Below, piece after piece: positions 43,222 through 58,103 of a stretch of 64,000 nt of DNA. Every line of letters starts with the position of its first letter. Position 1 is the first letter of the stretch. The notes beneath the pieces were generated by a model. The model was given only the letters and a program-made list of their open reading frames with translations, searched no databases and had not been told where the DNA came from. The stretch covers positions 49,106,001-49,170,000 of the forward strand of contig OZ076409.1 of assembly GCA_964187785.1 (NCBI GenBank). Reading direction: 5' to 3'. The DNA comes from Amphiscolops sp. MND2022. Lineage: Eukaryota. Position numbers and translations under genes: made by a program.

Positions 43222-45206
43222 TATTGCATTTTCAACCGATTTAATTTTTTTAGATTCCAAGAAATTTCCAATGTGAATAAACTTCATCCGAATTACTATA
43301 TGGAAGTTCTTTCCCTCTAAATTTTGCAGAAATAGCTGTTTTTTTTCGGATTCGATGCAGATAAATTAAGTTTTAGTCTGCTTGAGTTGTTGAAAACGCT
43401 GTGTGGTTTTCGGCGTGAAATCGGTCTTTTTCCCGTGTGTTGCATCTGTAATTTTGACTGGAAATCCAGACCGTGAATTTCTGCCATCTCTACCCCTGAC
43501 TGACGAGGACGACAAGTATCGCGCATTTTTCTGCGCTGAAGTTTTAAAAAGTAGAGCGGCACTGTAAAGTTAGCCCCGCTATTTTCCTTTCGTAAAGTAA
43601 AATACGCTGATTGAAAATTTAAGACTTTGAAGATACGGAGGATGTTGCTTGGCGTTGTAGCCTAGGCCTAAATAACTCCTAAAGGTTCATTTTCATGTTG
43701 AAGAAGACAACCGGAGATGTTTATCTTCAGGTGCATTCCCGAACAGCTGCTGTTTCAAAGTGAAGCAGGATTAGATATTTAGTTTACTTTTCACTTCATT
43801 CACCAATAATGACTGGATGCAAAATTAATGGGAATTACATCTTCACGAAGGATCGAGGAAGTCAGCCTGGAATTATCGATACAACTCAGATGGGTTTACA
43901 TCTAATTCTCAAATTTTTCCATGGAATGCAATTAAGCTTTTTACTGGTAATAGTTGCGTCGGTTACCTGCTGGTGAAAAATAGCACCTATGTGATGGTAT
44001 TAGATGATTTTCCCAAATCAGTTCGATTAGCTTGCTTTTAACACTTGTGAATCGACTGGAATTAATATCATCAGTGGTACTGCATTGGACGTAGCTTCAC
44101 TCTGTTATTCTGGTAAAATTGATGAACATATATCGCTCTGGTGCTAACGTTGAATAACTTGACTGTTTTGTAACGAGATACAGGACGATATTAACTACGA
44201 ATGATAGTTAATAGTAAATTAGACTTCTCTGGTCACTGCAAAATCAATGCGATGGAATGTTTCACATTCGCAGTCCTTAGTTTTTTTTTTTTAAAAAAAT
44301 TCGAGCATGACAAGGAATGCAATGTGCCTGAAAACGAAGTTAAGCATTGAAAAGTCCGAAAGTTATAATTTGCCAATTATGCGTCTGCGAGTGCGAATGA
44401 GTATGTGTCTATTTAAATTAGAATTACTTTCGCTGAATGTTGCTCAATTTTTCTGTTCCGTCAAATTTGAAGTTTAGATGCTAGAACTAATTTCATTTTT
44501 ACTTACCTAATTCTCCTTCCGTTATTACGTTGCTATTCATTCTTCGATCTAATCAAAGGTAGTCAGTCATTCGTTGGTTGTAGATGCTGTTTATATCAAC
44601 CCATGCTAGTTAATAAATGAGGTAAAAATGATGCATTCATCGTAAGGATTGTCACTGTGCCTTTGCTATCGTTTTTGTTGTTGGTCATTCCACTTTGAAT
44701 CTGATTGGTCAACTAAATGTATTTGATTGGTCAAGTATGCTTCATGTTGCCCTGTATAAGCTGTTCCCTGATTGGCTTAAAAGTTTGCAATATCAGTTTG
44801 CACTTATCCCATCAAAATCTTGAATGTCGGCACTTGACCAATTGAATCTTTTGGACAAAGTTTGTTGGTTTTCCACGATTTGTGAAAATATTTTTTCCGG
44901 GATCTTTTTGGATTTTCTTTCTTTGTTAAATCGATTTGGTACGTTTTATGTACTATAAACTTTGCCATCAGTTTTGGATGCGAATTGGCGGAAAACCAAC
45001 TCGTGTTGTCGAATGTAACTATTTCCATCTCGTAAGCCATCACCCTCTTCTCATTCTTCCAACCAATCATATTTCAGTTATTGTAGTATACCACTCACTC
45101 ACCTCCATCAAATTATGACCCAGTTGCTATTTCTAGTCAGAAAATAATGGATGGGTGCATTTTCAATTAAGATATCGCTATTTTCAAGTTTCAAAGTAGT
45201 TCCAAA

Positions 45207-45407
45207 CAGGGGCGGTTTAAAGGGGGGTGCGGGGGCGGCGGCGGCCGCCTGCCCCCTTGGAGAGATGTATGGAATGAATTGATGTAACAGCCGGTAAAAT
45301 GGGCCGAGTGTTCCTACTTTCAAATAATCAACTGGTGCTTTCGTTCCGGTGCGCCCCACTATTTGAAAATCCGCCCACCCGTTGAGAAAATCCTAAAACC
45401 GCCCCTG
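45207..45407. mobile_element. hAT-type MITE
   Basis: Perfect 12-bp TIR CAGGGGCGGTTT; 8-bp TSD GTTCCAAA / GTTCCCAA. Confidence 0.85.
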
Positions 45408-46386
45408 GTTCCCAAGTTTCGTGAATCCAATTATTATAAAAAGGTAATACTTAAAATGAATCGCTTGTATATTTGATCGAAGCGGAATTAGTTTGAATGC
45501 AGCGACAAGAAGTAGCAGCTGACGACAATTTTAATTTTTCATAAGCTGAGATGACAAACCTGTACTTCATGCTTTCATTCGTTATTCTCCGACTCTTAAT
45601 AATTGAACTTCGTTCCTTTTTTGCCATACCTTCTCAATATTTTCCCAAAAATTTCTGTACCGAAGTTGAATTCGGAACAAAATATCTGTTTTTGTGTCCT
45701 TTTTGAATTTTCCCTAAAATGCGAAAAAGCTTTGGTTTTAGAGTCGAGTTTATCTAAATATGTAAATATTAATCTCAACGCCTGTGGTCATGATTTGTTT
45801 TCTAGATTAATGTTTCCAGGATCTAGCGATGGTTGAATCCTTGGCCTCAACGGGTGTTGTGAGATTAATTCTGTACTATATTTCAGTTTGTCCACGCCTT
45901 ATACTTCATCATGGGTCTATGTTAATTGATTACTCCAATTAATAATCTAATCAAGGTACCTAAATACTAGATAATGAGAATGACTGAGGATGTGGTTGTT
46001 AATTATATACGAAGCAATGACCTAATATGATATGAAGTCTTTCTATTCCAAATGTTGAAGCGTTTTCAATCACAAATTATTTTTGCTTTTGTCTTCTCTT
46101 TTAAGGACTATAAATTTCAAATAATAATGTTTGCAATTGAAAAATTTTATCTCAACTATCAAAATTTAGTTTTTCCTTCGTAACCTTTTATTTATTCTCA
46201 ACAAAGATTAGAAAAGGAGCATTGAGGGTACGTTCAATGAATAATTTTGAACTATTGACTCGGTTATAAGAAAACTATGGAAAAGATTGAAACAGCAACG
46301 GTTCATGATAATGTCAATTCTACTCCACTACTTTTTTACTGAATGTATCATGGTTGTAGTAACACAGGTCAATACAGTGTTTTTAA

Positions 46387-46862
46387 TAGTCGGCGCATTT
46401 TACTAGAAAATGAGCCTGACTATTACAGTGACTAGTTTTTTTCGTCAGACAACAATGTATGCGTAGTGGACACTTTTTACAGAACTATTAAACTACTAGA
46501 CCTGCTAGCGGAAACGCATCTAAGTTAGTGCAAAGGGTCCCCCTTTCATTTATTCCATTTTGAACGTAAGATGCAAAACAGGACGAGACTATAAGGTCCC
46601 TCTTTGAATTTTTCGGCACTGTGCGACTCTCGAAATTTTTTTTGTCTCCAAAGGGTCCCCTTCGATTTTATTGAAGCCCCCCTTCGTAATATCCGGAGTA
46701 AAGCGCTATGTCCGAACTTTTAACGCTATATCAGAACTATATTGCGTTTTAGTAAGGAGGAGGCGGAAGTTGGAAAACAGGAAAAATATTCCTACGCATA
46801 TTTTAAAAACCGCTTTTTGAGCCTTAAATATAGCGCCGACTTGAGACGTTCCCGTCTTGTTT
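46387..46862 (+). mobile_element. HINE copy, complete
   Basis: AGTCGGCGC start; AGCGCCGACTTGAGACGTTCCCGTCTTGTT end. Confidence 0.75.
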
Positions 46863-48408
46863 CATGTTAATGCTGAAAAAGCGGTTCTTTCGTTTAGGAA
46901 AAGTGGTTCTTTATATTAAACCAAAGCGCCAAAATGTTAGTCAAGTTTGCTTTTGTCCGGAACAGCCTGCGAAGGGCTGTTCATGAGTCCCAAAAATTGT
47001 TCGGATTAGTTTGAGATTGCTAGTTGAAGCCAAATGTTTTTTTTTCAATTTTATAATCAGTTTTCAGATGTCAGACTTTCGGTACATTATAACATGTACT
47101 CGGATAAGTTTCTGTATACAAATCTACGCGAAACAAAGTTGAGGCTCTCTGTCAAAATATGTATTATTTCTGCATTTTTAGAGAATGATGTAAAATCAAG
47201 TGCATATATTCAAATTCTAACAATGTTCTTTTCCTTGTCTCAGAAAAACTGAAGATATTCCTCTCTTATATTGGATTTGAACGGTGAATTCGCTTTTAGT
47301 TAAGTGCTTTTAGGAAATTGGGTTTTTATACTGTGAAGTAATTGAATGAAAGCCAACTTCACGTTTTTCCGATATGTGTGTGAGTAACGCGCCTCCGCTT
47401 TGCGAAAGATGCTTGTATGATGATGTCAGAATAAGTGAATGTCAGTCACATCGACCTCATTAGATAGGATTACCGGTGAGGCAGATTAGAGGCGAATCGA
47501 CAGGTTGCATTTTCACTTGCATTCTTTTTTGTTATTACAACCTTTTTTGCTTCCTGAGTCATCCATGTCGCCCGAAAATCAATCCTTATTAGTTTTGAAC
47601 TCGAAGTCAAAGATTAAAGCCTTCTGTATACGCAGCTCGCAGCATAATGTATTGAACGACGACGGAAATGCAATATAAAATTTTAACGAAATGTTAACCG
47701 CATTCGACAGATCATGTGAATTGAACCGATTTTGTTGGAACATGACGTTAAGAACACTGGTCCCACTTTTTTGATAACCAGTTGTTCTTTGGGGACTGCT
47801 GTGCAGAGTCGACTTATGCAGGATCGAATTGTGACCTGATTTTGAAAAGAAGTGAAAATTTCATTACTTTGGCACCATACTTATAGTGACCTAAATGCAG
47901 GAGCGAACCGGAGCAACGTGCCATTACTTAACCAGCGGCAGGTTTTGATGAAGACCCACCCCGGAAGGGAAAAGGCCGAGTTATACAACAAGTTTTGGCT
48001 TCTAAATTTTTATTTAAATCGTTTTTGATCCTAAATAATTCGATTTCTAAATAATAGACTCTGAAGAAGTAAATCGTTCACTGAACGCTAGCTTTTGCAC
48101 CCTGAAAAGTGTGTTAGGTAAAAAGTCCTCCATTTTTCAAGTTTCACAAACAGTGGGTAACGCCTTTTAGCTCACAAATCGTGACAATTGTTTGAGTTGA
48201 AGAATGGCCTGCGTGTTGGCTTGCTCTATTTTTAGTGCAGAATGGTATTGAAAATTTCAAAATGCAACTGAGAAAGTTTATTTTTACAGCTAGGTTTGGT
48301 GCTGAATTATCCACTTTTCACAAGATTTTTTTGGCCTAAGGTCTTGAAAGTTGCCCTGTGATCATCATATCAGAGAGTCCCAATTTGATTTTTTGATGTT
48401 TTCAGTTA

Positions 48409-49145
48409 TTAGTCGGCGCTTCATGAAGTGAAACGCGACTATTATAGTGACTCTTTTTTGAGGCTTCGAGCGAGCGAAGCGAAGCGACGAAGTCTCTATT
48501 CCGCGTTTACTAGCGTTTTGGTTTTTTTTTCGCGTGACATACCCTCTGCATTTGTATTAATTGAAGGCTATTTTCTCAGAGCCTATTTTTCCGCGACCAT
48601 CCAAACTTTCCAAAAAGAAGCGCAACTTGATGCTCTTTCTAACCGTGTAAAAACTTTCCGAAAATTTTCCACCGGCGCGATTTTATTAGCTTCGAAAGCG
48701 CGAAATTTTCGAAAATTTTTAGGGTTTTTGTCGATTTTGCTATTTTTCTTTTCGCAAACCACAGCGAATTGGCCCGATGTAGGTACTAACCGACGTAAAA
48801 CGATGTTTTCTTTAATTTGGTGAAAGTTTTTTTATCCTAGAATTATTGGGCTTTGCGAAAATGACCATTAAAAATAGGAAAAATTTTCGGTTTTTTTGCG
48901 TAAAAAATTTCTCAACCTATTTTCAAGTAGCAATCAGTTCTTATCCAAGCAGTGGTGTTTCTACTCGATAAAAGGTCTGCTTAGCTGCCCAAAGTTAGAA
49001 ATTGGAAAGTCACAACGTTTACGTCGGACAGATAGAGACAAAAAAGTTTTCAATTTTTTTGAATTTTTGATAAATTGCTCTCTTTATTCAATTTTGTAAA
49101 AGTTTTGGCCTATTTTCTCGGAGCCTAATACTTCGAGACCATCCA
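48409..49145 (+). mobile_element. HINE-type 5' end with a different interior
   Basis: TAGTCGGCGCTT...CGACTATTATAGTGACT start, then a GAGCGAAGCGAAGCG tract. 3' end not identified. Confidence 0.45.
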
Positions 49146-50479
49146 AAAACTCAACAAATTGTTGGAACTGAATTTGTTGGTGAAGATTTAAATGTTGTTG
49201 GATTTTCGGGCAGTTCATTGTATATTATACAAATTGTGCTTTACTACGAATCTTGAAATAAATGAATATTTGATCCCTCAATTGTTAAATATACATTTTC
49301 CAAACTAATCTTAGGAAGGAGTGAAATAGACGAAGTTACCGGATCGGTCTTGTAAAAATGCATAGATTGCGGTCTGATTACCCCTAGTAACCCTCCTACT
49401 GTCTTATTTGCACGGCTGTTCTTAAAAATGCTGACTTCATCCTTGGAAGGTTTTTATTTATTTATACTGCTAGTAGAAAATGTAAAAATGCTCGAAGACC
49501 TATCGGCAATGTACATTGAATCATATACTCCATAATTGCTCATTGATTTGCTTTGTCTCATGCCTGTAAAATTTTCGGTGAATAGTTTTTTTGTCCATTT
49601 TTGATGTCGGAAACCAAAGTTTTTTTCAGACCTCTCGATGTATTGGTTTTCGAGAGTGAGATTTTATTGGACCACTGGAGTACATACTCACCGTTAGTTA
49701 TTGATGATGTGGTTGTTTGAAGCGTAAAACCGCGAAATTTCCGTTCTTTACGTATTCTATCCAGTGAATATCTGCACAGAAGGTATTATGCATTACCGAA
49801 ATATTCCTGAGAGATTTGATGTCATATGCAACGATTAAATCAAGACAACACTAAGTTATATTCACACCTCGCTGTGCAATGATATTCAACTACGTTGTAT
49901 TGAAAACAAAAATGATTTCGGATCTTTTCGTGATTTTGCCCCATTGGCAAATTTTAACAGGTTATTCATCCTCTGGAATACGTTTCCAACGGTGCCCACT
50001 GATGCTGGAAGGTTGTTTGATGCACAATTCAGCTAATTTTTAGAACTGAAAGTATACTTGCTAGTGATGGCACATATCAACCGTCCTATTGATAACTAGG
50101 GCAGCCCTTCCTTTTATATAGTGATAAAGGCCGAAAAAGTTAAGCTTCATAGGATTAATACCCGCAATTCTTTTCAATTTCATTGTATTTTGAGCATTCT
50201 CGTGCCGTATATAACCTTAGCTATTCGTCATAGCTAATAACTTGGTAATATGGTTCAAATGCACATGATGATAGTCAATTATGGCTGCGGGACCTGTCGC
50301 TCGAAGCCATGCGCAAATTCCTTTGCGCCTATGTTTTTCTTTTTTTTTCAATCCACACGAACTGACCAAAATAGTTCTACAAAAGTTCTACAAAATATTA
50401 TTGCACCAAATTGCACCATTTGGCCTAGCGAACTGAACCAAAAATGTTTTTCCTGTTTTCCCGCGTAACATACCATACC

Positions 50480-52683
50480 GGGCGAGACCAAAGGGTCCCC
50501 TTTCAATTTTTTTCGGCACTGTGAGACTTTTCGGAAAAATTGTTTTCCCCCAAAGGGTCCCCTTTTCATTTTTTTTTGCTGTTTTGCGACAGAATGGATG
50601 TTGAAAAATCCCAAAGGGTCCCCCCTTTCAGTTTTTCGGCATTGTGAGACTTTTTTTCTGAATTTTTTTCTCTCCAAAGGGTCCCCCTTCAATTTCTTTG
50701 ATATTTTACAACATAATGGTTGTGTAAAAATCCCGAAGGGTTCCCCCTTTCAGTTTTTTTCGGCATTGTGAGATTTTTTCCGAATATAAAAAGTTTTCCT
50801 CCTTCAATTTTTTGATGTTTTGCGACAGAATGGATGTTGAACCCCCCTTTCAGTTTTTCGGCATTGTGAGACTTTTTTTCTAAATTTTTTTCTCTCCAAA
50901 GGGTCCCCACTTCAACTGCGACAAAAATGTTGACAATTTCGAAAGTGTCCCCCTTTTAGCGCGCCAGGGGCTCGCGCTAGCGGGCCCCGGCGCGCCACTC
51001 GGTCCACTTTTTTTGGTTTTCCGATTTTCGAGTACTGTAAATTGACACTTGGAAGTCCTTTTGCTATTTTTGAGCCTTGGATATGGCGCCGACTTGGGCC
51101 GGTCCCGTCTTGTTTCGATATATTTTGGCTAAACAAGACTCTTCTGAACTTTCTTGAAACTGCCACTGAAGGTGGAGCTTTATTGCCCCTGATTGAAGTG
51201 CCCCTTTGATTTTTGGCGGAAGCAAAGCGTTTTGCGAGCATAGAGGCCACCGTATAGTTTTTTCGGCACAATGCTACTTACCGAAGAATTAAAAAATTCT
51301 TTTCTAGGTTTTCTGTGAGGAAAATTCTTTTCCGAGTCCCACCTCGATCATTTTTTGGTCCAGTGGGACTAATGAGAGGTTTCTCAATAATTGGGAAAAG
51401 CTTATAAACAATTTTAAAAATCTGATTTTTGATGTTTGTATTGAGAAGCGTTTTCTAATCTCATGGGGTGTCTCTTTTGGTATTTTCCAGCACTGTAAAC
51501 CTGATAACATTCTCACAATAATGCATATTCAAAAGCTTTTATGAACCTAGAGCGGGGCATCGACTTGGGCCGTTCCGGGCGTGTTCAGTTTTTACCTACG
51601 TAACACTCGAATAAGCTAGTTAGATGAATGATTTCATTACGTACCAAATAGAATAAGAAACACCAAACGGGCACGTCTAAAGTCGGCGCTATATCTAAGG
51701 CTCAAAAAGCGCAGATTTGAAATATGCGTAGGACGTTTTCAAGAAAAACTCCTATTTTCGAACCTCCGCCTCGTCACAAAAACGCAATGTAGTTCGGATA
51801 TAACGTCAAAAGTTCTTAACTCCGGATATTACGAGGGGGGGACTCCAATAAAAACGGAGGGGAGACCCATTGAAGACAAAAAAAATTCGAAAGTCTCAGC
51901 GCCGAAAAAAAATTGGGAAGGGATCCTTTAATCCCGTCTGGTTTTGTATATTACGTTTAAAAAGTAAAACTGAAAGGGGGTCCCTTTGCGATAACTTAGA
52001 TGCGTTTCTGTCTCTTAAAGAAAAAAATCGAATGACTGTAAAAGTCGGTCTCTTTTATTAATAAAAGCGCCGACTAAAAATAACAAAAACAAGCCGGGAA
52101 CGGCCCAAGTCGGGGTCATATATAAGGCTCAAAAATATTGAAGGAACAACTATTGTGAAATTTTTCAATTATAACACAGTGCCGAAGAGTACCGAAAGGG
52201 TTTTCTTCCCCGAAACTCGAAACAGCTTTTTTTCTGAACTGGAAACATCAGAAAAAAACTATTTTGCCTTTGGATTTTTTTTCAAAACTATTTGATAAAA
52301 AAGTCGCATATTGCCGAAAAACCTTTTCGAGAGACCGAAAAAACCGAGAGACCCTTTAGGCTGAGAACGTTTTTTACAAACCGAAAGTTTCAAAAAAATC
52401 AAAAGGGTACACTTTGATAGAATTCAAAAAATTTCTGAAGTCACAGTGCCGAAAAAATCCAAAGGCGAACCCTTTCGTCTCCACTTTACTTTTGGAAGCC
52501 AAAGAAAATTTTGTGGTTTAGTGCTAGACTCGAACCCACGCTCTCTTTGCTTTTCAGACCCCAGAAAATTAGCCGGCCTAAGAGTTGAACAAATTAACAA
52601 AAAAGTGGACCAATCGCGTTGAACTGACGAAGAAAAAACCTGCCACTGTAAGAGTCGTGCATGTTCTCGAAAACGCCGACTAA
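50480..52683. mobile_element. Cluster of at least four HINE copies (ends at 51114 and 51585 on +; 51662-52078 and 52088-52683 on -)
   Basis: Repeated subterminal GCGCCGACT motifs and an internal AAGGGTCCCC / TTCGGCATTGTGAGA tandem array at 50480-50915. Confidence 0.7.
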
Positions 52684-55600
52684 AAATGAAATGTTTCATT
52701 CATCATCATTTTTTTATTTTGACAGCATAACTCGTTGCATGACTCCTCCTCCTTCCTCCTTTGTGAATCTCCAGATAAGAGCTAATAACCTGCATCGAAT
52801 TTAGTTTCACATGACTTAGTGTTGGACAGATACTTGAAAGTTCAGTCACATACAGTGAGAGTATCTTGAAAATTGATCATAGTCTCTACTAGTATATACC
52901 AGTATCGATACCATTATCGAAATTTCCCTTTTGGTTCTCAAAAAGGCCTTTCATTTCAAAAAATGAATTTGAATTTCAAAATTCAGCTTCGGAAAGCACT
53001 TTCCAATAGATTAACTGCAAGATCCCGTTAATTATTCATTTGTGAACAAAGTGAACGAACATTTCGGGAATGAAATAGATTTCACGGAGACTCAAGTGAT
53101 ACAAACAGTTCAACCTTGATCACATTGGTTATGAAAATTCTGCGAAATGGTCACCAGTAAAATAGTTGATACTAGTTACCGAAATGTTAGTGACTAGTAG
53201 ATATATCTACTTGAAGATGAAAGTATACTAGTACCGTTATCAGTATAATTTCATACTACTATCAGTTACCGGCCAACACTCAACATAAATTTTCATTTTA
53301 TCTTCAAGGGAAACATCTAATTGGACAAAGCTCATTATTGGGCATGTTCGATCAAGTTACTATAACGTAATTCTGATCACGATCGGAAAATAGCATCGTC
53401 CCCCTACCTCTAGTGCCCTAAATGCAGTAGCGAGGTGGAGCGACGTGCCACAACTTGTCCAGAAGTTATTTGCTAATTTGCTATTTGGTACGTAATCTTT
53501 GGAAATCCGCCAATAATTTTCTCTCAATGCGAGTACCGCGTTGCCTAATAGTTCGCTGGAAATTGTCGGATTACCTTCAGAATGCACAAGTTGGACCATG
53601 TTTCTCGAGAACTTATTCTAAAAAGTTTATTCGAAGATGATCGAAGTGCTTTTTGAAATCGATATACTTCCTAGCAGTTGCAGAAATATTACTGATCAGT
53701 GATCCAAAGGAGCCAATTTCAGAACATTAACCTTAACTTGACCAATGTGCCAAATTTGGCACATTTAGTTTCTGCAAATTCTAAACGCACCAGATGATTG
53801 TATGGTAAAGCAAACTCTTGAATAAGATTTCCAGACAATATTGCATAGCATTCGGCGCCTTTTCACGGAATATTGACGTGATGTCTCCGAAATCCAGAAA
53901 ATAAGACAAAAAAAAATTAAAAAGTGCAGATTTTCCATTTTCCCAGTTTTCGTTTCCGGTCCTTTTATCCCACTGGTGTCAACATTGGGTCAAAGTGGCC
54001 CCAGAATGTTTTGAAACATGCTGAAAAGCAAGCAGAGACACGACGCGTGCAAAGTTTTGGCGCAAAGTCCGGAGCCCAGTGCGGCGAAGTGGGACCCAGC
54101 CCAGCCGTTTAAAAATTGATTTGAAAGCCCTGATGCTCTTCTTTCGAACGCTGTATAAATCGTTTTTCGGACTTGAATAGTTCAGGAGATATTGCGGTTT
54201 AAAGTTGAAGCACCCGATTTTTGGATGGAACAAGAATTTTCCTGGCCAACTTAAGGTTAACAACGTGAAAAATTTATCCGAATAAAGTTGTTCATGCAGT
54301 TGCCAGTGGTTGTGCTTGAAACTTCAAATTTTGTACGAGATCTTAAATTACAATCGAAGATTGAAATTGGTAGTAAAACTGCGACAAAAATGTTGACAAT
54401 TTCGAAAGTGTCCCCCTTTTAGCGCGCCAGGGGCTCGCGCTAGCGGGCCCCGGCGCGCCACTCGGTCCACTTTTTTTGGTTTTCCGATTTTCGAGTACTG
54501 TAAATTGACACTTGGAAGTCCTTTTGCTATTTTTGAGCCTTGGATATGGCGCCGACTTGGGCCGGTCCCGTCTTGTTTCGATATATTTTGGCTAAACAAG
54601 ACTCTTCTGAACTTTCTTGAAACTGCCACTGAAGGTGGAGCTTTATTGCCCCTGATTGAAGTGCCCCTTTGATTTTTGGCGGAAGCAAAGCGTTTTGCGA
54701 GCATAGAGGCCACCGTATAGTTTTTTCGGCACAATGCTACTTACCGAAGAATTAAAAAATTCTTTTCTAGGTTTTCTGTGAGGAAAATTCTTTTCCGAGT
54801 CCCACCTCGATCATTTTTTGGTCCAGTGGGACTAATGAGAGGTTTCTCAATAATTGGGAAAAGCTTATAAACAATTTTAAAAATCTGATTTTTGATGTTT
54901 GTATTGAGAAGCGTTTTCTAATCTCATGGGGTGTCTCTTTTGGTATTTTCCAGCACTGTAAACCTGATAACATTCTCACAATAATGCATATTCAAAAGCT
55001 TTTATGAACCTAGAGCGGGGCATCGACTTGGGCCGTTCCGGGCGTGTTCAGTTTTTACCTACGTAACACTCGAATAAGCTAGTTAGATGAATGATTTCAT
55101 TACGTACCAAATAGAATAAGAAACACCAAACGGGCACGTCTAAAGTCGGCGCTATATCTAAGGCTCAAAAAGCGCAGATTTGAAATATGCGTAGGACGTT
55201 TTCAAGAAAAACTCCTATTTTCGAACCTCCGCCTCGTCACAAAAACGCAATGTAGTTCGGATATAACGTCAAAAGTTCTTAACTCCGGATATTACGAGGG
55301 GGGGACTCCAATAAAAACGGAGGGGAGACCCATTGAAGACAAAAAAAATTCGAAAGTCTCAGCGCCGAAAAAAAATTGGGAAGGGATCCTTTAATCCCAT
55401 CTGGTTTTGTATATTACGTTTAAAAAGTAAAACTGAAAGGGGGTCCCTTTGCGATAACTTAGATGCGTTTCTGTCTCTTAAAGAAAAAAATCGAATGACT
55501 GTAAAAGTCGGTCTCTTTTATTAATAAAAGCGCCGACTAAAAATAACAAAAACAAGCCGGGAACGGCCCAAGTCGGGGTCATATATAAGGCTCAAAAATA

Positions 55601-57841
55601 TTGAAGGAACAACTATTGTGAAATTTTTCAATTATAACACAGTGCCGAAGAGTACCGAAAGGGTTTTCTTCCCCGAAACTCGAAACAGCTTTTTTTCTGA
55701 ACTGGAAACATCAGAAAAAAACTATTTTGCCTTTGGATTTTTTTTCAAAACTATTTGATAAAAAAGTCGCATATTGCCGAAAAACCTTTTCGAGAGACCG
55801 AAAAAACCGAGAGACCCTTTAGGCTGAGAACGTTTTTTACAAACCGAAAGTTTCAAAAAAATCAAAAGGGTACACTTTGATAGAATTCAAAAAATTTCTG
55901 AAGTCACAGTGCCGAAAAAATCCAAAGGCGAACCCTTTCGTCTCCACTTTACTTTTGGAAGCCAAAGAAAATTTTGTGGTTTAGTGCTAGACTCGAACCC
56001 ACGCTCTCTTTGCTTTTCAGACCCCAGAAAATTAGCCGGCCTAAGAGTTGAACAAATTAACAAAAAAGTGGACCAATCGCGTTGAACTGACGAAGAAAAA
56101 ACCTGCCACTGTAAGAGTCGTGCATGTTCTCGAAAACGCCGACTAAAAATGAAATGTTTCATTCATCATCATTTTTTTATTTTGACAGCATAACTCGTTG
56201 CATGACTCCTCCTCCTTCCTCCTTTGTGAATCTCCAGATAAGAGCTAATAACCTGCATCGAATTTAGTTTCACATGACTTAGTGTTGGACAGATACTTGA
56301 AAGTTCAGTCACATACAGTGAGAGTATCTTGAAAATTGATCATAGTCTCTACTAGTATATACCAGTATCGATACCATTATCGAAATTTCCCTTTTGGTTC
56401 TCAAAAAGGCCTTTCATTTCAAAAAATGAATTTGAATTTCAAAATTCAGCTTCGGAAAGCACTTTCCAATAGATTAACTGCAAGATCCCGTTAATTATTC
56501 ATTTGTGAACAAAGTGAACGAACATTTCGGGAATGAAATAGATTTCACGGAGACTCAAGTGATACAAACAGTTCAACCTTGATCACATTGGTTATGAAAA
56601 TTCTGCGAAATGGTCACCAGTAAAATAGTTGATACTAGTTACCGAAATGTTAGTGACTAGTAGATATATCTACTTGAAGATGAAAGTATACTAGTACCGT
56701 TATCAGTATAATTTCATACTACTATCAGTTACCGGCCAACACTCAACATAAATTTTCATTTTATCTTCAAGGGAAACATCTAATTGGACAAAGCTCATTA
56801 TTGGGCATGTTCGATCAAGTTACTATAACGTAATTCTGATCACGATCGGAAAATAGCATCGTCCCCCTACCTCTAGTGCCCTAAATGCAGTAGCGAGGTG
56901 GAGCGACGTGCCACAACTTGTCCAGAAGTTATTTGCTAATTTGCTATTTGGTACGTAATCTTTGGAAATCCGCCAATAATTTTCTCTCAATGCGAGTACC
57001 GCGTTGCCTAATAGTTCGCTGGAAATTGTCGGATTACCTTCAGAATGCACAAGTTGGACCATGTTTCTCGAGAACTTATTCTAAAAAGTTTATTCGAAGA
57101 TGATCGAAGTGCTTTTTGAAATCGATATACTTCCTAGCAGTTGCAGAAATATTACTGATCAGTGATCCAAAGGAGCCAATTTCAGAACATTAACCTTAAC
57201 TTGACCAATGTGCCAAATTTGGCACATTTAGTTTCTGCAAATTCTAAACGCACCAGATGATTGTATGGTAAAGCAAACTCTTGAATAAGATTTCCAGACA
57301 ATATTGCATAGCATTCGGCGCCTTTTCACGGAATATTGACGTGATGTCTCCGAAATCCAGAAAATAAGACAAAAAAAAATTAAAAAGTGCAGATTTTCCA
57401 TTTTCCCAGTTTTCGTTTCCGGTCCTTTTATCCCACTGGTGTCAACATTGGGTCAAAGTGGCCCCAGAATGTTTTGAAACATGCTGAAAAGCAAGCAGAG
57501 ACACGACGCGTGCAAAGTTTTGGCGCAAAGTCCGGAGCCCAGTGCGGCGAAGTGGGACCCAGCCCAGCCGTTTAAAAATTGATTTGAAAGCCCTGATGCT
57601 CTTCTTTCGAACGCTGTATAAATCGTTTTTCGGACTTGAATAGTTCAGGAGATATTGCGGTTTAAAGTTGAAGCACCCGATTTTTGGATGGAACAAGAAT
57701 TTTCCTGGCCAACTTAAGGTTAACAACGTGAAAAATTTATCCGAATAAAGTTGTTCATGCAGTTGCCAGTGGTTGTGCTTGAAACTTCAAATTTTGTACG
57801 AGATCTTAAATTACAATCGAAGATTGAAATTGGTAGTAAAA
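50914..57841. repeat. Direct tandem duplication, 2 x 3463 bp
   Basis: The ORF track repeats at offset 3463. Copy 1 is 50914-54376 and copy 2 is 54377-57839. One difference seen (G51936 / A55399). Confidence 0.97.
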
Positions 57842-58103
57842 TACAGATGGAAAAAACTTTGGATATTGAAAAAAATTCATATCCTTATACTTTGAGAAGA
57901 TTGAAGAATGAAAGTAATCGTTTTTAAGCTCTGCTTAGTTGTTTATTAAGTGATTGAAGTTGTCGAATCGCTTCATTGCTCGAATCAGAGTTATTCGGGA
58001 AGCAGTTTCGACATAGACACCAAGTTTTGCAACTTGACTTATCAATCAAGATAAGCAGTTTTTGTAAGATGGAGATTTTTTTCAGATTAGTTTTGTTGGT
58101 GTG

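Noticed and set aside
47418..47560. Further ATGATGA box C candidate
   Set aside because: No D'/C'/D arrangement at suitable spacing was found.
50480..50915. Repeat-spacer-like pattern suggesting a CRISPR array
   Set aside because: The spacers are themselves repeats, this is the HINE internal tandem array, the context is eukaryotic and there are no cas genes.
50912..57726. Duplicated small ORFs as real genes
   Set aside because: They lie largely in HINE or core-A remnants, lack motifs, and are identical only because of the duplication.
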